Made by a program: the position numbers and the translations under genes. 64,000 nt of DNA. Source: Terriglobia bacterium (lineage in GTDB: Bacteria; Acidobacteriota; Terriglobia; Bryobacterales; Bryobacteraceae). Positions 20,267 through 29,149 of this stretch are shown here, one piece after another (within the stretch, counting starts at the first letter, position 1; every line of letters begins with the position of its first letter). The notes beneath the pieces are model-generated. The model was not told the origin of the DNA. It saw only the letters and a list, made by a program, of their open reading frames with translations, and did not search any database. The DNA is taken from the NCBI GenBank assembly GCA_020073115.1, contig JAIQFU010000001.1, forward strand, positions 27,374 to 91,373, read 5' to 3'.

Positions 20267-20314
20267 GTACCGCCGGCGATCGATGTTTGCCGCCGGTTGT
20301 TGGGGGTTCGGCTC

Positions 20315-21787
20315 CTATCGCGGCGACAACTCCGGAACGGCGGCTTGCCGCTCCGGCGTACTGTCGCGTAAAGGAACCGCGGCGCCCTTGCGCCCTACGG
20401 CGATGAGCGACAGCCCCGGCCACGGCATGAGCCCGTCGAAACGGCGCCACAGCCAGACGCTCTTGTCGAAAATCTTGAGGACTACCTTGCTGATGCTCTT
20501 CGACCCCAGCATCTTGCTGTAGGCCCACCAGGGCAGCGTTCCCGCCTTGTTAAAGCTGTAGACCGCCTCCACGGCGAAACCTTGCGATTCCAGAAGTTGG
20601 CGCGCTTCCGCCGCGCTGTAGCGCCGCCGGTGGCCCAGCCTCCGGTCCAGAGTCCCGTAGAGTCCCGGACCGTGCGGCACAAGCGCTACCAGGACCCCGT
20701 TCGGCTTCAGCGCCGCCCCGATGCGGGCCACCGCCGCGCCGGGATCCTGCAGGTACTCCAGCACGTTCAGGCAAAGCGCTGTGTCGAAGGCATTCTCCAG
20801 GCCGGAAAAATCTGCCGCGACTTCCGGATCGATCCGCCGCACCACTACATTGGGCGTGCGCAGGAAGCGGTTTCGCAAGGCGTGCAGGTGCAGCGGGTCC
20901 TTCTCCCCCGCCACATAAACCGTGCGCTTGCCAATCAACCGGCCCGCGATGTTGCCGATCCCCGCGCCGAGCTCCAGCACTTCGTCGCCTACATACGGCC
21001 GCACCTTCCGCGCCAGCCAGCTCAAGTACTGCGGCGTACCGGTGAGGTTATTCAGCACGCCGCGCCCGTAAGGGGCGGAATAGAGATCGTCGATCAGCCA
21101 GTACTTTACAATCACTCCCAGCGCCTTGATGCCGTCCTTCCACCCGATCTTCTTTCCTTCCTCGTAGGTGCGCCCGTGATAGCTGATGGGAACTTCATAG
21201 ATCCGCAGTTTCCGCTTGGCGCTCTTCATGACGATCTCCGGCTCGAAGCCGAAGCGGTCCGAACGGATCGGAATACTCTTCAGGAGATCGGTGCGAAACA
21301 CCTTGTAGCAGGTCTCCATGTCCGTCAGGTTGAGATTGCAGAACATGTTGGAGACCAGCGTCAGGCCCTTGTTGATCATGGAGTGCCAGAACAGCAGCAC
21401 GCGCGTCTGCTCACCCGCCATGTACCGCGAACCGAAAACCGCGTCCGCATGGCCATCCAGAAGCGGGCGCAAAAGCCGCGAGTACTCGGAAGGGTCGTAT
21501 TCCAGATCGGCGTCCTGGATCAGCGAAAAATCGCCGGTCGCTCTCTCGATCGCCGCGCGGACGGAGGCCCCCTTTCCGCGGTTCTGCGGTTGGCGGTACA
21601 GCCGAACCTGTGGAAACTGCTCCGCCAGGCGCTGCAGGATACCCCATGTGCCGTCGGTGGAAGAGTCGTCCACAATCACCAGTTCCCGATCCATGTTCTC
21701 CGGCAACGGCGCCGTCAGAACCAGGGAAATGCAGCGCTCCACAACGGTTCGTTCGTTGTAGACGGGCATCAGAATCGACAGCTTCAT
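20315..21787 (-). CDS. fusion protein: N-terminal GT2 glycosyltransferase plus C-terminal class I SAM-dependent methyltransferase
   Basis: Start at MKLSILMPVYNE (ATG 21787). GT2 motifs VDDSSTDGT and IQDADLEYDP. Methyltransferase motif I VLELGAGIGN, and KPNGVLV. Confidence 0.85.
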   Translation of the reverse strand: MKLSILMPVYNERTVVERCISLVLTAPLPENMDRELVIVDDSSTDGTWGILQRLAEQFPQVRLYRQPQNRGKGASVRAAIERATGDFSLIQDADLEYDPSEYSRLLRPLLDGHADAVFGSRYMAGEQTRVLLFWHSMINKGLTLVSNMFCNLNLTDMETCYKVFRTDLLKSIPIRSDRFGFEPEIVMKSAKRKLRIYEVPISYHGRTYEEGKKIGWKDGIKALGVIVKYWLIDDLYSAPYGRGVLNNLTGTPQYLSWLARKVRPYVGDEVLELGAGIGNIAGRLIGKRTVYVAGEKDPLHLHALRNRFLRTPNVVVRRIDPEVAADFSGLENAFDTALCLNVLEYLQDPGAAVARIGAALKPNGVLVALVPHGPGLYGTLDRRLGHRRRYSAAEARQLLESQGFAVEAVYSFNKAGTLPWWAYSKMLGSKSISKVVLKIFDKSVWLWRRFDGLMPWPGLSLIAVGRKGAAVPLRDSTPERQAAVPELSPR

Positions 21788-21968
21788 GGAGCGTGAATCA
21801 GTGTAGCAGATAACCGGTTTTTCTCCTGTGCGCTTCGTCTCGCGGGCCGTCCTGTGTGGGAGGCGTCCTCCGAGTCTGTACTGCGGCCCAGTTCGCTGCC
21901 GGCCGCGAATCAAATCTGCCTGGAATCTTCATCATAGCGAAAGCCGCCGGGCACGCCACGGAAAACCC

Positions 21969-22170
21969 CGTATCGTTCTTGTGCGTAAGACAGACCGCGA
22001 AAAACAGGCGGTTTGTATCGTTCTTTAACGTAAACCGGAGTTCGTTCCACGGCGTAAAGACCGTCGGTCCATCGCGTAAGCCGTTCGGCCCGTGGCGTAA
22101 AAACTCTCGTTCCATCGCGTAACGAGAGTCGGACCATGGCGTAAAAAACGTCGGAGCGTGGCGTAAAGAA
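21969..22170 (+). repeat. iteron-like direct repeat array (core GCGTAA), putative replication origin
   Basis: GCGTAA at 21983, 22052, 22074, 22095, 22117, 22139 and 22161, plus ACGTAA at 22028. Six consecutive units are 21-22 bp apart. An AT-rich stretch (22170-22260) and the rep gene follow. Confidence 0.6.
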
Positions 22171-22289
22171 ACAGCACCTAAGATTTACACCTTCAATAGC
22201 TTACGTGCGAGCATATGTTTTAAAGCAGTTTTAATGCTGGTTTAAGTAACAACAGAGAGCGGATCCATTGCAGAATCCGATTCCTCCAT

Positions 22290-23879
22290 GTGAGAATGAT
22301 GCAGCCGTCCGGGCCGCCAATGGCGCGTAAACACACTAAGGAACAGGCTGCGCTCGCGCTGGGCGAGGCGGAGCCGGTACAGGACCTGATCAAGGTTGAA
22401 AGGAACTTAAACTCCCTCGGTTTCTTTATTCCCGCCAAAAAAGGAAAGCCGACGCGCGAGGAAAGGATGCGCGTGCGGACCATCCACTACCCCGCGCGCG
22501 AAGTGCAGGGGCGGATCATGCGGCAGTCGGCCACCATCATCCCCTCGCCGGAACACGGCCTCCCCACGACCGCGGACCGCGACAAGTACATGGCGCTGAT
22601 GAAGATCGTCACGGACGCGAAAGCCCGGGTGGGAGACGTTCAAAACCCGGTGGCGTTTACCACGTACGACCTGCTGAAACACCTGGGCCACAATACGGGC
22701 GGCAAGAATTACGAAGAAGTGAACCAGTTCCTGGAGCGCATGACCGCAACCACGATCAAATCGGAGAACGCCGTTTACTTTCACAAGACGCGCCTTTACC
22801 AACGCGATATTTTTCACGTGTTCGACCGCGTCGTGCTGGTGGGACAGGAAATGCCGGATGGCTCGGTGGCGCAGTGCAACTACGTGTTCCTGAGCCAGTG
22901 GCAACTCGAGAACATCAACACCAACTACCTTCTGCGGATGGACTTCAATGCCTACGTAGGCCTGAAGAAGGACATCGGCAAAGCGCTGTTCGGCCATCTC
23001 CACGTGTGGTTCTACGCCTCGCGATGCCGGCCGGTGGAGCGGCGGTATTCGGAGTTGTGCGAGGTACTCGATATCCGCCGTTGGAAGCATCTTTCGAAGA
23101 TCCGGCAGATCCTGGCGCCTTCGCTCGAGGAACTGCAGAAAATCCGTTACCTGCTGGATTGGGATATCGTGCACACCGCGGACGGCGACGATTACAAACT
23201 CGTGATCACCCCGGGGGAACGGATCATAGCTGTTCTGCGGCCGCGGGTGAACGGCGGTTTTACGTCAGGGAACGAGTGCATCGATCCCGAAATGGCGGGC
23301 GTATTAGCGGAGATGGTGAAGCGCGGAATCCGCGAGCCGGATGCCCGCCGTCTGCTTCTCGATATACCGCGGGAACAATGCGTACCGGACCAGATCGAAT
23401 GGTTCGACGAGTTGTTGCGCCGGATGCGTTCTTCGATTCAAAACCCGCCCGGTTTCCTTTACACCATGATTCGCGACGGCTGGCCCGCGCCGGCGGATTT
23501 CATCACCTCGCGGAAGCGCGCCCTCCAGCGCGAGATCCAGGAGAGAAAAATCGCGGACCCGGAATCCGTGGCCGAAGCGCAAAGAGCGCTGCGAAAGATG
23601 CAGGTCGAGGAGCAGTACCGCCGCTATCGCGAAGAAGAGACCGATCGTTACATAGCGGAAAGACTCGCCGGCGACGGGTTGCAGCGAAGGCTGGCCGTCA
23701 TCAAGAAGGATATCCTCGCACGGAATCCGGACCTTTATCCCAATGCGCGCGACGGCTGGGGCGTGTGCCCTGCCCTGGACCATCACGCGACCCAGGCCCT
23801 GCGTGAAGAGGTGGCGAGTCAATTGGGCCTGCTCACCTTCGATGAGTTCGCGAGTCGCAACCAGCCGAGCCTCTTCTAG
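22290..23879 (+). CDS. repA: replication initiator protein A (RPA/RepA family) with long C-terminal extension
   Basis: 529 aa. Family-like blocks GLPTTADRDKYMALM, VAFTTYDLLKHLGHNTGGKNYEEVNQFLERMTATTIKSE and VFLSQWQLENI...YVGLKKDIGKALFGHL. The start could be GTG 22290 or ATG 22296/22299. Confidence 0.75.
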   Translation: MRMMQPSGPPMARKHTKEQAALALGEAEPVQDLIKVERNLNSLGFFIPAKKGKPTREERMRVRTIHYPAREVQGRIMRQSATIIPSPEHGLPTTADRDKYMALMKIVTDAKARVGDVQNPVAFTTYDLLKHLGHNTGGKNYEEVNQFLERMTATTIKSENAVYFHKTRLYQRDIFHVFDRVVLVGQEMPDGSVAQCNYVFLSQWQLENINTNYLLRMDFNAYVGLKKDIGKALFGHLHVWFYASRCRPVERRYSELCEVLDIRRWKHLSKIRQILAPSLEELQKIRYLLDWDIVHTADGDDYKLVITPGERIIAVLRPRVNGGFTSGNECIDPEMAGVLAEMVKRGIREPDARRLLLDIPREQCVPDQIEWFDELLRRMRSSIQNPPGFLYTMIRDGWPAPADFITSRKRALQREIQERKIADPESVAEAQRALRKMQVEEQYRRYREEETDRYIAERLAGDGLQRRLAVIKKDILARNPDLYPNARDGWGVCPALDHHATQALREEVASQLGLLTFDEFASRNQPSLF

Positions 23880-23881
23880 TC

Positions 23882-23990
23882 GGCACAGGCTGCAAAGCGG
23901 GGACCGGCTCGAATTTCGCCGTCTTTGCGAAACTTCGTGCCTGTACCCGGTTTGCCCTTTCACGGATCCTACTGCGTTGGTATTTGCGCC
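23882..23990 (-). repeat. family-1 structured intergenic repeat, copy B (starts 3 nt after the repA stop)
   Basis: ggcacaggctgcaaagcggggaccggctcgaatttcgccgtctttgcgaaacttcgtgcctgtacccggtttgccctttcacggatcc...tggtatttgc. This is the reverse complement of copy A. Confidence 0.85.
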
Positions 23991-24363
23991 GGTCCACGCC
24001 ACAATGTAGGGACCGGGCATACCCGGCCCGGCAGCCCTTCCTTAATTCTCAGGCTCCGGATCCTTAAAGGATACCGTCCCCCAAAACCTCGGCGCTCGCC
24101 AAGAGCGGCCCACATCGAGAACAGCGTTTCGTGCAAAAATCGGTCGGTCCAAGCAATAGGGACGAGCGGCATCCTCCACGCCGCAGGCGTGCGTTCGTGC
24201 CGGAGCTCGTGTTGGGATGGACCCGGCTTACCATCCGGGGTGGTGGAAATGCTTCAAATGCTGGCGTGAGGGCCTAAACCCCCAAACTTATCTGTATTAG
24301 TCAAGTTGCTGTTTATTATGGGAATTAAGCCTAACTTAGGAGTTGCCGTGATATACAAAGTAC

Positions 24364-25179
24364 ATGGATGTTCCGGTCTTCTCTACATCTCCCGACCCGA
24401 CGTGCATGTATCAGACGCCGGCAATTAAAGCGGCTCTGACCAAGATTCGGCGCGCGATCGCCCGGAAACAGGGGCTTTCGTGCATTTTTGGCGATGTGGG
24501 TATGGGGAAGTCTTCCCTGCTCCGCTTTATTCTCTCCGGATATGCGGCGGACGAAAACTGCCGGCTGGCGTTCCTTCCGACCGGCGATATGCCGAGCACG
24601 TTTGCGTTCATCAAACGCGTATCGGCCGATTTCGATATCCCGCCGCAGCGCTCCCGCCTGGCGCAGATGGACATGATCGAGCAGTTCCTGCTGGAGCAGC
24701 ACGGAGCCGGAAAGAGCGTGCTGATCCTGATCGACGAGGCGCAATTGCTGTCGCTGGACGACCTGGAAGCGATCCGGTCGTTGCTGAATTACGAGACGAA
24801 CACGGAGAAGATGACGCAGATTATTCTCTCCGGCCAGTTGGACCTGCGGGACCGGCTGGAGCAGAAGAGATACAAAGCGTTCCGCAATCGCATCGTGGCG
24901 CCGGTCCTCATGCAGCCTCTGACGCGGGAGGAAACCACGGCCATGATTGCCTACCGGCTGGATTTCTGGGGCGTGGAGAACCCGTTCACCGAGGCGGCCG
25001 CCAACCGGGTGTGGGAGTTGACCCTGGGAGTGCCCCGGACGATCCTGCTGACGTGCCAATACGCCTACGATATCGCTCACGACTCGGGCGTTACGGAGAT
25101 CACTCCGCGATTCGTGGAGCGCGGATTCGATGAGCTGGCGATCCGGGAGAAGGCGGAAGCCGAGGCCGCCGTGGCGTGA
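24364..25179 (+). CDS. AAA-family ATPase (ExeA/GspA-like, AAA_22 type)
   Basis: Walker A GDVGMGKSSL, Walker B VLILIDEAQLL, then ILSGQ and LTREET blocks typical of ExeA-like ATPases. Confidence 0.8.
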   Translation: MDVPVFSTSPDPTCMYQTPAIKAALTKIRRAIARKQGLSCIFGDVGMGKSSLLRFILSGYAADENCRLAFLPTGDMPSTFAFIKRVSADFDIPPQRSRLAQMDMIEQFLLEQHGAGKSVLILIDEAQLLSLDDLEAIRSLLNYETNTEKMTQIILSGQLDLRDRLEQKRYKAFRNRIVAPVLMQPLTREETTAMIAYRLDFWGVENPFTEAAANRVWELTLGVPRTILLTCQYAYDIAHDSGVTEITPRFVERGFDELAIREKAEAEAAVA

Positions 25180-26279
25180 GCGCCAAGTTCCTCAAAGTGA
25201 TGGCGCTGTCGAAGCGGCCATCGGATTTCAAGCATGAGGGCGAGCCTTGTCCGCAACCAGGCACGGGCGCCTCAGAGGGAACGGCGCCCCAGGATTTACG
25301 CGGTGGAACGATAAGGGATACCGCCCCCGGGGAGGGTACCGAACCCTCTGGGGAGGCCGCGCCCTCAGACGTGCCGCTGGTCTCGGAGGCATCGGAGGCT
25401 TTACAGGGAACCGTAGCTTCTGAAAGCGGCTCGCCCAATACAATCCGCGCTTTAAGTGAGGATACGGGAGCCTTTCAGGGCCCAGTGCCCTCAAAGGGAA
25501 CGGAGCCCTCAATCGCGGCGGCCGCCCTGGAATCAAGCCGGCCGGCCAGGGAAACGGAATCCAGGACTACTGAGGCATCGGGCCCCTTAAAGGAGTCGGA
25601 TACTATCCGGGCATCCGTACCCCTTGTGGCCGTCTCCGGGGCAGGGGCCTTGCGAATCTACCGGTGCTTGCGCGCGCAGGACGGCCATTCCTTCGCCGAG
25701 GACCGTTTGTACGGCGCTTTGTGGAACTCCGACCTGGCGCGCGCCGAAGGACCGGATTCAAAGCTGATCACGGTGGGCTGGGACCGCATGTCGCAGATGG
25801 CCGGAATGACCCCCCGGAACGCGCGCGAGAACTGCTTCCGGCTCTTGGAGAAACTGGCGTTCGAGCGCGTCCAGCGCCACGTTTCCGAGGAACGGCTTGG
25901 AACTACGTACCGGATTTACTCGGTCGAGGCCGTGCTACGCCGACGCCAGGCCGCCGGGATGGAGTGGGTGGTGCGGAACAGGGGCGGGGTCACTTTCGTT
26001 GCTGCTCCGCCGCAGGGAACGGTATCCTCTAAGGTCACTGTCAGCGTTGGGTCAAAGGGGACGGTCCTCTTACAGGAGTCGGTCGCCGGAAGCGCGGCGA
26101 CGGTTTCCGGAGGGCCGCGCGATGTCGCCCGGGCTTGCCGGCAGGCGGCCCCGGCGATCCTCGAAACGTGGGTGCGGGAAGCCCGCGAAATCACCGCGCG
26201 GGCCGACAGTAGTGAACAGGACCGCGCGTGGGCCGGAGAAATTTTGGCAGCCTATGGCGCCGGGGAAGGGAAGCGCTGA
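25176..26279 (+). CDS. hypothetical protein: low-complexity P/E/S/G-rich N-terminal half plus possible winged-helix C-terminal domain
   Basis: 367 aa. GTGA overlap with the ATPase stop (25176-25179). Recurrent GT(A/E)PS motifs. C-terminal half has ITVGWDRMSQMAGMTPRNARENCFRLLEKLAFERV. Confidence 0.55.
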   Translation: MSAKFLKVMALSKRPSDFKHEGEPCPQPGTGASEGTAPQDLRGGTIRDTAPGEGTEPSGEAAPSDVPLVSEASEALQGTVASESGSPNTIRALSEDTGAFQGPVPSKGTEPSIAAAALESSRPARETESRTTEASGPLKESDTIRASVPLVAVSGAGALRIYRCLRAQDGHSFAEDRLYGALWNSDLARAEGPDSKLITVGWDRMSQMAGMTPRNARENCFRLLEKLAFERVQRHVSEERLGTTYRIYSVEAVLRRRQAAGMEWVVRNRGGVTFVAAPPQGTVSSKVTVSVGSKGTVLLQESVAGSAATVSGGPRDVARACRQAAPAILETWVREAREITARADSSEQDRAWAGEILAAYGAGEGKR

Positions 26280-26313
26280 GCCGCCGGTGTCCTCGCGCCG
26301 CGGGTTCCGGGCA

Positions 26314-26814
26314 TCACTTCGTCCCCGTCGCCAAACGCTCGAAGAGCAACTCGTCATTGCGAATCGCCATGGCGAGGGCCAAAAGCTTTTCGAGCGCCTC
26401 CGTGGCGCTCTCAAAGCGGATGCCGATGCGCCCCGGAGAAATCGAGACCCCCGCGGGAAGGCCCTTGAATTCCTGGTTGACGATGTTCGCCGGCGCGGCC
26501 ACGAGAACGCCTTCCCGCCGGTCGCGGTACAGCGCGTCCATGTACTCGGCGAACCGGTTCCGCCGCTGATGCTCGTAGTGGCGGGTTTCACCCGTGGCAA
26601 GTTGATGGAGGCGCGCGATGACGGCTTCCCGGTCGGCCACGCCGTTGGCCCCGATCCGCCGCCCGACGCATGGGGCCAGGATCTGTTGGGCGCGCCGCGC
26701 CCCGATACCCAGCAGTCCCTGTAGAGTTGCCCGGTCCACCCATGGATCCGGCAGGTCCCGGAGAGTTCGGGTCACCTCGTCCAAGTGCCCGCACCACGTC
26801 GGCTTGTCAGGCAT
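26314..26814 (-). CDS. hypothetical protein (166 aa) divergent from the integrase gene; possible HTH segment
   Basis: Start set at MPDKPTWCGH (ATG 26814). Segment LQGLLGIGARRAQQIL. No family recognised. Confidence 0.45.
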   Translation of the reverse strand: MPDKPTWCGHLDEVTRTLRDLPDPWVDRATLQGLLGIGARRAQQILAPCVGRRIGANGVADREAVIARLHQLATGETRHYEHQRRNRFAEYMDALYRDRREGVLVAAPANIVNQEFKGLPAGVSISPGRIGIRFESATEALEKLLALAMAIRNDELLFERLATGTK

Positions 26815-26955
26815 TTTCGATTTTCGAGCATACCATGTCTGACAGCGGTTTTGCGAGGGTGCGAAAAATGGGTCGTTGTCTGATATCTGATAAGCAGGGG
26901 GCCTGATACTCCAGGCTCGGCAAAGCCGGATCGCGAGCCTACTGAATGCACGATA

Positions 26956-27870
26956 ATGACACATACCGTGCTAAGATACATCCCGATGAACCAGCTTGCC
27001 GTGATGCCTGCTTCCGGGCTCGGACCGTCCCACGACGGCTCCCACGACGAGCAGTTGGTCCAACTTTGGCTCTCCATGAAGGCCAGCAGCGCCACCCGCC
27101 GCGCGTACGCCTCCGAGATCGTCCGCTTTCGGGCATTTACCCAAAAGCCGATAGCCTGGGTTACGCTCGCCGATTTGCAGGCTTTCGCCGAGATTCTGGG
27201 GCAGGGAACTCTCCAGACTGCCAGCCAGAACCGCGCGCTCACGGCCGTCAAGTCGCTCCTCTCCTTTGGCCAGGAGACCGGCTACCTCCCCTATAATGTC
27301 GGCGCCGCCGTCAAGCTCCGCCCCAGCCGAGACGGCCTGGCGCAGCGCATCCTCGAAGAGAGCGAGGTGGCCAAACTCATCGACGCCGCCCCCGGCGGCC
27401 GCAATCACGTCCTGTTAAAGCTGCTCTACGTCTCCGGCGTCCGCGTCAGCGAAATCTGCGGTCTGAAGTGGTGCGACGCCCTGCAGCGCCAGGAAGGCGG
27501 CCAGATTACGGTCTTCGGCAAGGGCGGCAAGACCCGGACAATTCTGCTGAAGCCCCAGGTCTGGCAACAAGTCCTGTCCATCAAAGGCGATGCCAAGGCG
27601 GCGGACGCCATCTTCCCGAGCCGCAAGGGAGGTGGCGCGCTCGACGCCTCGCAAGTCCGCCGCATCGTCTACGCCGCCGCCCGCAAGGCCGGGTTGGGGA
27701 AAAAGGTTTCGCCGCATTGGATGCGCCACGCTCACGCCAGCCATGCGCTCGACCGAAGCGCGCCGATCCACTTGGTCCAGGCCACGCTGGGTCACGCCTC
27801 GGTCTCAACAACCGGGCGCTACCTGCACGCCCGGCCCACCGACAGTTCCAGCTTCTACCTGCCGGACTGA
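26956..27870 (+). CDS. tyrosine site-specific recombinase/integrase (XerC/D-like)
   Basis: 304 aa. Motifs GVRVSEICGLKW (Arg I), HWMRHAHASHAL (H-x-x-R) and LGHASVSTTGRYLH (catalytic Tyr). Confidence 0.9.
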   Translation: MTHTVLRYIPMNQLAVMPASGLGPSHDGSHDEQLVQLWLSMKASSATRRAYASEIVRFRAFTQKPIAWVTLADLQAFAEILGQGTLQTASQNRALTAVKSLLSFGQETGYLPYNVGAAVKLRPSRDGLAQRILEESEVAKLIDAAPGGRNHVLLKLLYVSGVRVSEICGLKWCDALQRQEGGQITVFGKGGKTRTILLKPQVWQQVLSIKGDAKAADAIFPSRKGGGALDASQVRRIVYAAARKAGLGKKVSPHWMRHAHASHALDRSAPIHLVQATLGHASVSTTGRYLHARPTDSSSFYLPD

Positions 27871-27990
27871 GCTTTGCGGCTTTGCCGTCGAGCACCCGTT
27901 GAGGCCGGCTTCAGCTTGGGCGAGAGGGTTTTACTTCCGGCATGTCCACTCCGGCGGCGCCGAGCAGCAAGGCGGGTCCCACGACCTGGA

Positions 27991-28568
27991 CTAGCTCATG
28001 ACCAGGTTGAAGATCCTGAGAGCCTCGAGAAGGTCCGTGTCGACCGATTCGATCTGACTTGCAGCTTTTCGATCGAGGTGCACCGGTTCGAACAGGGCCC
28101 AGTTTTCGATATCGTTCCCGTACTTTGATAAATACCGAATTCCGTTCAACCCTCTCTCGTACACGGCGGATGAGACATTTTGCGTGAGCCTTCTGGGTCC
28201 GCGGCGCTGCAGAACGGAAGCATCGAAATCGGGAATGCCAAGGTCGATCAGCAGTGGCGCCAGAATACGCCGAAGGGTTTCTATCCAGTCGCTATTACCA
28301 ACATCAGCGAACTCGCCAACAGCATCCGCGAACCCCATCAAACGGCAGTCAAGCCATTCCCGGCGTATAACGCGATATCGGGCCGGTAACGGGCGAGCGT
28401 CTCAAGAAAGCAGCCCAGGCGGGTGGAAGAAGCGTACAGAACACGAAACTTCCCATTCGGATCGTCGAATCGATTGCCGAACGTTCCGTCCGGGTTTGCC
28501 CTAGACCAGTCCGAATACTGCCAAGGATCTGGCCGCCTACCGATCCTATGAACAGGAATCGTTGCCAT
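27991..28568 (-). pseudogene. RES-domain toxin split into two overlapping ORFs (76 aa + 116 aa)
   Basis: The N-part has FGNRFDD (R) and CFLETL (E). The C-part has IRYLSKYGNDIENWALFEP (S). The junction is TGATG at about 28336-28340. This is either a frameshifted pseudogene or a genuinely split toxin. Confidence 0.55.
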
Positions 28569-28571
28569 GCC

Positions 28572-28964
28572 TCATCCGCCCGCCAGGAACGCACGCATTG
28601 CGTTCAGGAGTTCTCGGCCGATCTTTTCAGGGTCTTCTTCCTTCAGCAAGCGGATGGGCGAGCGGTCCTGCAATTCGGGATTCAAGCCAGTAAACCAAGC
28701 CTGCACGACCCGCGCAGAATCATGTTCGCTGAGTGTCTTCGCAATCTGATAAGCAAGTCTGATACGCCGGTCAGCATCTCTGTAGGGTTCTACGCCGTCC
28801 TCCATCCAGCGTTCGACCACCCGGGTATCCTTGACGCCCCCAATATAGGCAGTCAACTTCTTTCCGAGGATCTCAGCTAGTTCTTTGACGATTGCCGGAA
28901 ATGCTGCCTGAATGGCCCGTCGATGCGCTGCCAGATCGGGTCGAGCTAACGAAGGCACTCCCAT
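28572..28964 (-). CDS. Xre-like antitoxin with C-terminal DUF2384-type domain (cognate of the RES toxin)
   Basis: Start at MGVPSLARPD (ATG 28964) preceded by GGGAGAA. C-terminal NPELQDRSPIRLLKEEDPEKIGRELLNAMRAFLAGG. Immediately upstream of the RES ORFs. Confidence 0.65.
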   Translation of the reverse strand: MGVPSLARPDLAAHRRAIQAAFPAIVKELAEILGKKLTAYIGGVKDTRVVERWMEDGVEPYRDADRRIRLAYQIAKTLSEHDSARVVQAWFTGLNPELQDRSPIRLLKEEDPEKIGRELLNAMRAFLAGG

Positions 28965-29149
28965 AATGTTTCTCCCGATTTTATGGTAAGCTATTGACGG
29001 CATAAATACAAGTAAAAAACGGCTTACAATCAAGTGAAAAACTGTCAATTCACGGATCTCAGCCTCGAGGGGACCGACGGCGGCGACACCCTGCTCCGCT
29101 GCCCCGGTTCAGAAAGACAAAAAACAACAACGACGACGAGGCCCAAGGG

